Origin: Candidatus Latescibacterota bacterium
GTDB taxonomy: Bacteria; Latescibacterota; UBA2968
Assembly: GCA_965204745.1 (NCBI GenBank)
Contig: OZ242010.1
Coordinates: 5,152,001-5,216,000, forward strand
DNA length: 64,000 bases
Direction of reading: 5' to 3'
Of the stretch, positions 30,095 to 37,754 are shown in pieces; position 1 is the stretch's first letter; each line of letters opens with the position of its first letter. Both the position numbers and the translations under genes were made by a program. The notes under the pieces were generated by a model, which saw only the letters and a list, made by a program, of their open reading frames with translations, was not told the DNA's origin and ran no database searches.

Positions 30095-30176
30095 TCATAA
30101 GGAAAGGGGAGAAGTGCTTCTTTGATGGCTTATATCAATAGCAGTTCCGATGGCTTTGTGCAAGGGCATGTGGCAT

Positions 30177-30398
30177 GGGACCTATCCCCCCGGCCCCCTT
30201 TCCTACGAGGAAAGGGGGAGCATAGCTTGCTTGATGAATGAGAACAAGGGCTGTTTTTATGGCTTTGAGCCAGCGCATCATGCGATTAAAAACCCGTCAA
30301 TCCCCTCTCGCAAAACCCATCCGCGTTCCCCCTTCCTCGCAGGCACAGGCGTAGCCTACAACGAAGCGTAGCGAGTAACGGGGTTAGGGGGTAGGTCC
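30177..30398. mobile_element. MITE-like repeat, copy C
   Basis: ggacctatccccccggcccc...gggttagggggtaggtcc; near-identical core to copy B. Confidence 0.75.
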
Positions 30399-30488
30399 TC
30401 ATAAGGAAAGGGAGAGTAGGGCTTTTTTGCTTAGGCTGTTTTTCATCGTCTTGCGCGAGTGAATAATGCCATGAAAAACCAAACCCTC

Positions 30489-31550
30489 TCATTCCCCGCT
30501 TGCAGAGGAGTCTGGGGTCGCTGGTTTCACGGCTTGCGAATCCGGAGGGGACATTTCCTCGCTGGGGGCCGGTGCATCCCGGTTGCTGGATTCTGCCGGC
30601 TGTGTGGAGTCGGCTTTTGCGGTTGGCGTTTCAACAGCAGGGGGCGTTTCAACAGCGGTTGGCGTTTCAACGGGCGTGGATTGCCAGAATTTGTATCCGA
30701 TCAGCGCGGCCAAAAAGACGGCGCTGATCGCGAGTCCGATCAGCCCTCGTTTGCGTTTTGCGGGTGGCTTGCCCGAGGCCGCGCCCCAGTCGGCTTCTGG
30801 GGTGTACAGCAAAACCGTCGCGTTGTCCTGATGGGGGTGTTCAACCGCTACCACGGCTTCGATGAGGGCGCGGGCGCTGTCTTCTAGTGTCGCGTTTCGC
30901 GTGTGCTGTAAAATGCGTGCGATCTCCTCATCGTCAAGCGTCATCAAGCCATCGCTTGCCAGCAACAGGCGGTCGCCTTTTTTGATTGCAACCGGTTGCG
31001 ACGAGACATCGATCAGGCGGATCTCATCGCCCATCACGGCCGAGCGCAGGGCGTGGCGTTTGGGATCGGTCGCCGCTTCTTCTGCGGTCATGCGCCCGGC
31101 CGCGACCAAATCCTCAAACACGGACGCCATAGAGTGATCCGCATTCAACCGGCGCAACCGACCTTCGCGGAACAACCACATCGGGGAATCGCCCACGCTG
31201 ATCCACTCGATGCCGCGCTGTGAAATGACCGCGGCCACCAATGTTGACCCCATGCCCATGAGGTGGGGATTTTCGGCTATGGCATCGGCAAGGGCGGCAT
31301 TGGCCTCGTCGAGGCAATCGCGCAGCCGATCCGCAATGGGCCCTGAAGCGCGTTGGTAGGACTCGACAAAGGTTTTGCACAACAGACTACTCGCTGTCGC
31401 GCCGCCGACGTGCCCGCCCATGCCATCGGCGACCACCACCATGCCATCGATGCCCAAGTCGCGCCCATCCAACAAGCCGTAATCGTCCTCTTGATACGGC
31501 CGGTTGCCGGGAATTTGCAATGCGGCGAAGCGCCCGTCTAATCGTTTCAT
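30489..31550 (-). CDS. PP2C/PPM family Ser/Thr phosphatase with C-terminal TM and Pro/Thr-rich tail
   Basis: 'RPYQED', 'VADGMGGH', 'MGST', 'VGDS', 'ASDGL', 'DNAT'; TM 'LIGLAISAVFLAALIGY'. Confidence 0.93.
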   Translation of the reverse strand: MKRLDGRFAALQIPGNRPYQEDDYGLLDGRDLGIDGMVVVADGMGGHVGGATASSLLCKTFVESYQRASGPIADRLRDCLDEANAALADAIAENPHLMGMGSTLVAAVISQRGIEWISVGDSPMWLFREGRLRRLNADHSMASVFEDLVAAGRMTAEEAATDPKRHALRSAVMGDEIRLIDVSSQPVAIKKGDRLLLASDGLMTLDDEEIARILQHTRNATLEDSARALIEAVVAVEHPHQDNATVLLYTPEADWGAASGKPPAKRKRGLIGLAISAVFLAALIGYKFWQSTPVETPTAVETPPAVETPTAKADSTQPAESSNRDAPAPSEEMSPPDSQAVKPATPDSSASGE

Positions 31551-32185
31551 TTTGTCGCGCTCTCTTTGAGGTCTTGCCAATCAAACCCGTCGCCGCACAG
31601 GGGCACAAAGCGCAACACGGTGTTGCCGATGGCGATGTGGCTCAGTGCGGGCAATTCGACCGGCGTCAGCACGGGGACATCGCCCAGATAGGTCAAATTA
31701 GTGCCGCCGCCGTGTTGCACGTAAAATTTTCTGCCGCGCGGATCGTACGTGACAACGGCGTGTTCGTTGCGCGAAATTTGATCATCGCCAAAATCGAGCT
31801 TGACGCGGTCCGTTGCCCCGCGCCCAATGGCATTCATGCCATAGCCGAGTTGCATCGCCCGCCCCTTTCCCGGCCCTTCAACGACGACCAGCCACCCCAC
31901 GACCGGGTCGGACATGGCATCGGATTTCTCGGCGCGTTCTCGCATGCGCGCCCTGTCTTCCCGCCGGTCGCGCCCTCCGACGATCTGCGTCTTTTCCTGA
32001 TCCTGAACAGGGCGCGGCGAATCGCTTTCGCCCACCTTCACGGTCGGCGCGTCAAAATGCCCGGCATGCCGCTCTCCCGGCGGCGCGGGCGGCTGGGGCC
32101 TTTGGGGAGAGTCGGTCGGTTTGGTCGCCGCCTCCACGGTCTGCTCTTCGATGATCTTGCCATCGGGGCCTCGATAAACAGGCAT
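31547..32185 (-). CDS. FHA domain protein with disordered Thr-containing N-terminus
   Basis: 'VVGWLVVVEGPGKG', 'IGRG', 'ISRNEHA', 'TN'. Confidence 0.88.
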   Translation of the reverse strand: MPVYRGPDGKIIEEQTVEAATKPTDSPQRPQPPAPPGERHAGHFDAPTVKVGESDSPRPVQDQEKTQIVGGRDRREDRARMRERAEKSDAMSDPVVGWLVVVEGPGKGRAMQLGYGMNAIGRGATDRVKLDFGDDQISRNEHAVVTYDPRGRKFYVQHGGGTNLTYLGDVPVLTPVELPALSHIAIGNTVLRFVPLCGDGFDWQDLKESATK

Positions 32186-32219
32186 AGCGATATTCTCCTA
32201 TAAAGATGGGGTTGGCGTG

Positions 32220-32348
32220 AGCCACAAAAGGCACGAGCGGGGTACAACTGGCAACAGCCAGTTCAAAACACAAAAGGGGTACACCGTTCAAAGGCACGAG
32301 CGGGTACAACTGGCGACAGCCAGTTCAAAACACAAAAGGGGTACAACT
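32220..32348. repeat. Duplicated REP-like hairpin element (inverse of 16651-16720)
   Basis: gtacaactggc(a/g)acagccagttcaaaacacaaaagggg occurs twice. Confidence 0.75.
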
Positions 32349-32555
32349 GACGACTGACGTTCGCAGTTCAAATAAGGCATCAAACAAGTGCCCTCGCAAA
32401 ACACCCTCCGATCAAGCCATCACGCACAGCGCGTAAGTCCGTCTCGCAACCAACGTCCATTATGCAACCCACCTTGCAGGCTGGCGCATGTCGTTTTGTT
32501 ACAAAAGCGATTTGCGCTGTGCAAGCCCCTCGGCGTTTGAGAGCGGCATTTTTTG

Positions 32556-32587
32556 CTTACTTTTTTTTGCTGTTGAAAAAAAGTAAG
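32556..32587. terminator. AT-rich hairpin CTTAC-T8-loop-A7-GTAAG (possible terminator or repeat-element arm)
   Basis: Near-perfect inverted repeat in the gap downstream of the MotA-like gene. Confidence 0.35.
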
Positions 32588-32715
32588 TCGCCGAAGGCAT
32601 CGAAAGCAACAAACGAGGCTACAGGACCAAACGCATTAAATCAGCAAGCAACACATTTGCTAATCTGTGTGTAATGCAAAAAAAGGAGAATCGCGTCTCC
32701 CTCTCCGCCTCGGGA

Positions 32716-33492
32716 TCACTGCTCGTAGAGCCGGTTGATCAAATTGTCCAAACAGTATTGTCCAGACAGGTTCAGGGCCATCTCTTCTCGGTTTTGGGCA
32801 ATGTGCAGGGCAAACACCAGCACTGCCGATTGGATCAGCGCGAGCAAGGTCGTGTAAAACGCGACGCCCAGTCGCCCGGTGATTTCTGCCAACAACGTCG
32901 GATCCTGTGGATTTTGGACATTGGCAGCATAATCCAGCGCGAAGGCAATGCCCACAACCGTGCCGATAAACCCCAGCGTTGGGATCAGCCAAACGAGGTA
33001 CCGCACCATCGTGTATTTGAGTTCGAGTTCGTGCTGAAACAATTCGAGAGAGGAATTTAACAGCGCATTGGTCTGATTGACGGATCGGCTCCCCTGAAAT
33101 TGCAAAATACAGCGCGCGATCAACCGCGGCAAAAAGAACCGCCGGTCATCGGCCCGCGGGCGCACCTTTTGGTAAAACTCACCCAAGTCTCGCGCCCGCA
33201 ACATAATCGCATCCTCCTCCGGCAAATAGCGTTTGGATATTTGCGCCAGTTCCAGATGGGATTGGCGAAACCGCATCCACAATTCGCCACAGCCGACGAA
33301 AAACATCAGCCACATGACATTTTGAATCGTGAAGGGATAGGGGAAATTGTCCGTGTGGCGGTCGATCAAAAACGCACCCACTTGGGAATCGGGATGATCG
33401 AAAAGAAGGGTCATGATCGCGATGGCGAAACCGCCCGCGGCCGCGCTGATGCCGACTGCCGTTAAGCGTTGGTTTAATGCGCTGTCAACCAC
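32716..33492 (-). CDS. MotA/TolQ/ExbB proton channel family protein
   Basis: 'IPTLGFIGTVVGI' and 'LGVAFYTTLLAL' channel helices. Confidence 0.88.
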   Translation of the reverse strand: MVDSALNQRLTAVGISAAAGGFAIAIMTLLFDHPDSQVGAFLIDRHTDNFPYPFTIQNVMWLMFFVGCGELWMRFRQSHLELAQISKRYLPEEDAIMLRARDLGEFYQKVRPRADDRRFFLPRLIARCILQFQGSRSVNQTNALLNSSLELFQHELELKYTMVRYLVWLIPTLGFIGTVVGIAFALDYAANVQNPQDPTLLAEITGRLGVAFYTTLLALIQSAVLVFALHIAQNREEMALNLSGQYCLDNLINRLYEQ

Positions 33493-33856
33493 ATCGATCT
33501 CCTATGATTTCTCCGGTGTCGGGATTGCGCCGCACAGGGCCTCGGTGTCTGTCTTCTTTGGGAATGGGCGTTGACCGTGCCGCTGAACCCCGACCGACCA
33601 TGGCGATGAGTTGGCGCGCCGTGGTCTGATAACGACCGAGCATAATGACCTCTGTCGGACTGATAAAGGCTTGTCTGATGGGGACCCAAGCGCCGTCCCG
33701 CGCGACATAGCTCCCGCCCGTGCTGCCGCAATCCGTGAGGTAGAACGCGCCCTGCCGGGTCGCGATCAACTCGGCATGAACGCGGGAAACCGACTCATCG
33801 CGGAGTTGAATATCCACATCCGAACCGCGCCCGATTCGATAAATCGCATCCTTCAT
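33485..33856 (-). CDS. Small FHA domain protein
   Basis: 'IGRG...DESVSRVHA...DCGSTGGS'. Confidence 0.85.
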   Translation of the reverse strand: MKDAIYRIGRGSDVDIQLRDESVSRVHAELIATRQGAFYLTDCGSTGGSYVARDGAWVPIRQAFISPTEVIMLGRYQTTARQLIAMVGRGSAARSTPIPKEDRHRGPVRRNPDTGEIIGDRCG

Positions 33857-33860
33857 CTCA

Positions 33861-34214
33861 TCACCCCGGTTTTGCCCCCACCAGCGTGCCGCCATTGCGC
33901 GTTGTCAACTGCACCAAAAATTCGATAAAATCGCGTTGTCCAACGTAATTGCCAACCGCGGCGGCGTGGATGGGGATTCGCTGTGCGTTGCGGCGCGTGA
34001 CCGCATCGACCACGTCGATCCATGGCTCTGAGGGCGCGCCATCGCTCAACAAGATAATCGCTTCGGGCCGAAGTTCAATTGCCGCGAGCAATGCCGCGCG
34101 CGTGGGCGTGCCGCCAGCTACGCGCCTCATCCACCGATTGATCGTAGATGTAATGCGCCCGTGCGCCTGCTTTTCCACCTGAAAATACTGCCTATTTTCG
34201 GGCCAATAGTGCAA
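33861..34214 (-). CDS. VWA domain C-terminal half (in frame with 34215-34703, separated by one TAG)
   Basis: 'GGTPT..AL' and 'IILLSDGAP' MIDAS elements. Confidence 0.7.
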   Translation of the reverse strand: MHYWPENRQYFQVEKQAHGRITSTINRWMRRVAGGTPTRAALLAAIELRPEAIILLSDGAPSEPWIDVVDAVTRRNAQRIPIHAAAVGNYVGQRDFIEFLVQLTTRNGGTLVGAKPG

Positions 34215-34703
34215 CTACGTCACCCTATTTGGGGCGTGAAACCCGATCATACACAATTCGATTTTCGACCGAAAGGCATCGAGCATCGCCTGCACAGACA
34301 ATTTTATGAATTGGCGATAATCCTGTCTGCCCGCCTGATAAATACTGCCCGACATATCCACGACCAGCACGAGTTTCTGCGCTTTCGTCTCGATGCCCAA
34401 CAAAACAGCGGTGTTGTCGATCTCCCGTTGCAGTTTGGCGTTTTCGCGCTTCAACTTCTCGTTCTCTGAATTCGGCGATTGGCTCGAGCGTCGCATGGCT
34501 TCAACCCGTTTTTCGAGTTGTTCGTTTTCCGCTTTCAACTTCTCGTTCTCGCGTTTCAATTTCTCGCTGTCTATGTTCGCGTTCAGGTTGGGAAAAAACG
34601 GCAACAAGATGATGGCGATGAGGATAAAGGCCCCCAGCGCCGATGCGAACAAATCGAGCGCGGACATGCTGAAGATATTGATCTCTCGGTTGCGCGTTTT
34701 CAC
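34215..34703 (-). CDS. N-terminal TM (ExbD/MotB-like Asp) + coiled coil + VWA N-terminal half; interrupted by an amber codon
   Basis: 'REINIFSMSALDLFASALGAFILIAIILLP'; 'VLVVDMSGS' DxSxS; ACG-TAG-TTG-CAC at 34220-34209. Confidence 0.75.
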   Translation of the reverse strand: MKTRNREINIFSMSALDLFASALGAFILIAIILLPFFPNLNANIDSEKLKRENEKLKAENEQLEKRVEAMRRSSQSPNSENEKLKRENAKLQREIDNTAVLLGIETKAQKLVLVVDMSGSIYQAGRQDYRQFIKLSVQAMLDAFRSKIELCMIGFHAPNRVT

Positions 34704-34718
34704 GGCCAGGCCCTCTCG

Positions 34719-36095
34719 CTAAAGTTTTGAGACCATGAACGCCAAGGTGCCCAGCGCGACCGTGGCGCCGTAGTCCAACTGCGCGGGGCGAAATGGCGAC
34801 AAGCGGCGAGCGTTCAAAAATGTGCCGTTGCTCGAGTTCAAATCCTCGACGTAAAACCGATCATCCCGAACCGAGATTCGCACATGCCGTCTGGATACAT
34901 TTTCATCTCGAACGACTTCATCCACCAAGTCGGGATGCCGCCCGAGCGAAAGCCCCAGGCGTTGCCCCGCGAATCTCTCGGGCGATAGTGCGATGCGAAC
35001 GCGATTGCCCCGGCTGTCAAAACCGGACAGCACCAGACCGCGGTTTGGCAGGGGGCTAGTGGCTGGTTTTTTTGCGACTGGCTGAGGTTGCCCGGCGGAT
35101 CGTTTTTGCACCATCTCACCGCCGCCTCGTCGGCTGATCCGCCGGCTCATGCCTTCTGCTATGCGGACGATCTGTTGCCTGGGTTTTCTGAGGGCGAGTG
35201 CCAAGGCGACCAATGTCAGGAGGCCCAAGAATATCCCCCATGTCAGAAATTGATCGCGTGCCTCTTCGGCTTGGATCCGCGCTCGTTCCGCTTGTTTCGC
35301 GGCGCGATCCGCCCCTCGCAGTGCCTTTTGCATCTCTTCGGTACTGCCCACGCCAGTTGCCGGCAAGCACGCATGGGTCTCTGATCGAAAGGCGATATTG
35401 TGCGTTTGCAAGAGCCTTGCGAGTTCCTCGATGTGCGAGGACCAGTAAATCCCCATGGCATGGGGCACGCGCTCGGTCCCACCGGAAGGACTACGAATGA
35501 CGATGAGAGACGCTTGTGTGTTCACGCCGATCACCCTGCCGCAATCATCCACCAAGGGGCCGCCGCTGTTGCCCGGATTGGTCGGCGCGTTGTGTTGAAT
35601 AATCCCGAGGTTTTGGCTGTGCCACGCGCCCGTAAAAACGCGCCCAATGACGCCGTCCTGCACGGTTGGATCGTGCGCGGGCCTTTCCCTGTCCGCGCCG
35701 CCGGGATAGCCGATGGCCCAGACTTTCTGCCCTTTTTTGGGTTGTGCGAGCGAAAATGTGATGGGCGGGAGGGTTATCCCCAAAACGCGGACAATAGCCA
35801 AGTCGAGTTGCCGGGAGGTGGCGATCACTTCGGCGTCATACATCCTGCTCGAATTTGTCGGTATGGCTTTGACCTGCCGCCCGCCCGCAATGACGTGGGC
35901 GTTTGTGGCGATATAACCGCGATTGTCGATCACGAATCCCGTGCCCGCCCCAACGCCCCGATGCGTCCGCGTGACGATCCGCACGACACTCTTTTCAAGC
36001 GCGGCAAAATCCGGCTCGGCCATCGCATCGCGCCCGCAACAGAGAACGGATAGGACCAGAACGGCAAAACGCCAATAGTTGAATTGGCACGGCAT
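34719..36095 (-). CDS. Trypsin-like (S1) serine protease + TM + cytoplasmic FHA domain
   Basis: Signal peptide; triad 'TNAHV', 'DLAIV', 'GNSGGP'; TM 'WGIFLGLLTLVALALAL'; FHA 'LGR...VSRRH...DLNSSNGT'. Confidence 0.9.
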   Translation of the reverse strand: MPCQFNYWRFAVLVLSVLCCGRDAMAEPDFAALEKSVVRIVTRTHRGVGAGTGFVIDNRGYIATNAHVIAGGRQVKAIPTNSSRMYDAEVIATSRQLDLAIVRVLGITLPPITFSLAQPKKGQKVWAIGYPGGADRERPAHDPTVQDGVIGRVFTGAWHSQNLGIIQHNAPTNPGNSGGPLVDDCGRVIGVNTQASLIVIRSPSGGTERVPHAMGIYWSSHIEELARLLQTHNIAFRSETHACLPATGVGSTEEMQKALRGADRAAKQAERARIQAEEARDQFLTWGIFLGLLTLVALALALRKPRQQIVRIAEGMSRRISRRGGGEMVQKRSAGQPQPVAKKPATSPLPNRGLVLSGFDSRGNRVRIALSPERFAGQRLGLSLGRHPDLVDEVVRDENVSRRHVRISVRDDRFYVEDLNSSNGTFLNARRLSPFRPAQLDYGATVALGTLAFMVSKL

Positions 36096-36096
36096 G

Positions 36097-37629
36097 TCAC
36101 GCCTCCACCAAACGCACCTGAAAAACGACCGGTCCCAGTTCGAGTTGATCATTGCTTTGCAACACCATCGGTTCACCCGGATCGAGCGCATGCCCATTGA
36201 TCCGCGTGCCATTTAGGGTATTCAAGTCCTCGGCATAGAGATCGCCGCCGGAAACGGTCAGCCTGACGTGGGCGCGGGAAATGGATTCGTGGTCGATCAC
36301 AAAATCGGCTTTGTCCGGGCTCCGCCCGAGGATCGCGCCGGATTGATCGCCCAATGCAAGCGCCGATAGACGCAACGCGAATGGCCTATCAGCGTGGTCT
36401 CGACCTTCCAACACGCAGCCAAAAGGCGCGGGTTGCGCTGCGGCTCTTCGCGCTGCTACGGCCTCTTGTTCTGCCTCGCTCAAGCGGGACTCGGCGCTTT
36501 GCAACCGCGCTTTCTTGCGGCGGGAAGAAATCAGCCAGCCGAGCAATGCGATCAGCAGCAAGGCCGCGCTGATGGCGATAACCCATTGCGACCGCTGCGC
36601 GGTCCTCTCCTCGACGACTGCGAGGCTATCGGCTTTTGCTTTGGCCTGCTCTCGCGCTGTTTTGACGCTGTTAGCTGCCGCGGCTTTGATGCTGTCCGCC
36701 CGTGCCCGATTGACCGAATCCGCCCGCGCTTGTTCTGCTTTGAGACTGTCTGCCACCGCTCGTTTGACCGAATCCGCCCGCGCCTTGGCGCGTTCTGCTT
36801 TTAGGCGTGCGGCGCGTTCTGCGCGTACTCGCTTCTCTGCGGCTTGGACGCTGTCCGCCATCGCTCGCTTCACGGAATCCGCCTGCGCCTGTGCTGCTTT
36901 GACGCTGTCCGTTGCGGCTTTGCGCGCTTGTTCGGCGCGTTCAATCGCGCTTGAGCACGCTTCTTCAACGACGGTGTAGGCAATGCCCCGGCCCATCAGC
37001 GCGGCGATGATGTCGTTGCTGCGTAGGGCAAAGACCGTCCCGCGCGGCTCTGCGTTTTTGCGAAACGGCCAGCGTCCGCGTTCCAAGTCCGGCGTGTTGA
37101 TGCCGACCACGTCCCCGCATTCATTGAACACGGGCATCCCAAAGGCTTTGGACGTCACGACGGCATTGTGATGGAGCAGGTGGACCACGGGATCGCCCGC
37201 TTTCTCACCCGGCAAAGTGTGGTAAGTGCCGATGGTCCCCTGAGAAATCCGCACGCTGTCGCCCATGCCAAACCCCAAGGTCCTCACGGCGCGGCCCACA
37301 GCGGCCCCTTGTTCGGACAAGTTCAGCGCGGGCAAGCCCAACCCCTGCACGCGCAACAGCGCCAAGTTCATCTCCCGCTTGGCAAACACTTGCCGCGCCA
37401 CGATTTCAGCGCCCGTCTTCAGGGATACGACCGTGAATCGCTCTGCATCAGCCAAGAGATGGGCATTGGTCAGCACATACCCCGCTTCATCGACGACAAA
37501 GCCACTTCCTTCCGCCGCGAGTCGGCTACCATCATGAGCACGCACCCGCACAATGCTTTCTACCTGCGCCCAAGCAGAACTCGCGAACAGGAACACCACA
37601 AGATGCACCATCACAGCAACGACACGCAT
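36097..37629 (-). CDS. Inactive trypsin-like domain + Ala-rich coiled-coil stalk + TM + FHA domain
   Basis: 'TNAHL' kept, 'NLALL' (D to N), 'KAFGMP' instead of GNSGGP; (A)DSVK repeats; FHA 'LGR...ISRAH...DLNTLNGT'. Confidence 0.85.
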   Translation of the reverse strand: MRVVAVMVHLVVFLFASSAWAQVESIVRVRAHDGSRLAAEGSGFVVDEAGYVLTNAHLLADAERFTVVSLKTGAEIVARQVFAKREMNLALLRVQGLGLPALNLSEQGAAVGRAVRTLGFGMGDSVRISQGTIGTYHTLPGEKAGDPVVHLLHHNAVVTSKAFGMPVFNECGDVVGINTPDLERGRWPFRKNAEPRGTVFALRSNDIIAALMGRGIAYTVVEEACSSAIERAEQARKAATDSVKAAQAQADSVKRAMADSVQAAEKRVRAERAARLKAERAKARADSVKRAVADSLKAEQARADSVNRARADSIKAAAANSVKTAREQAKAKADSLAVVEERTAQRSQWVIAISAALLLIALLGWLISSRRKKARLQSAESRLSEAEQEAVAARRAAAQPAPFGCVLEGRDHADRPFALRLSALALGDQSGAILGRSPDKADFVIDHESISRAHVRLTVSGGDLYAEDLNTLNGTRINGHALDPGEPMVLQSNDQLELGPVVFQVRLVEA

Positions 37630-37754
37630 GGAGACCTCCTCTTGTATCGTAAGCAGTCAGCAAAACAATCGGTCAGCACATCCATTGCCTTGGGGTGGAA
37701 AGGGGGGACTGACAACTGACAACTGACAACTGACCACTGCATCTCCCCTCTTTG

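Noticed and set aside
34215-34217. Pyrrolysine or genetic-code reassignment
   Set aside because: TAG serves as a normal stop for many genes here (e.g. proA, the first AAA gene), and no pyl genes are visible.
32716-34703. Zorya (ZorAB), flagellar stator or ExbBD-TonB
   Set aside because: No long ZorA tail, no OmpA-like domain, and no zorC/D/E, tonB or flagellar genes; the partner is a VWA protein.
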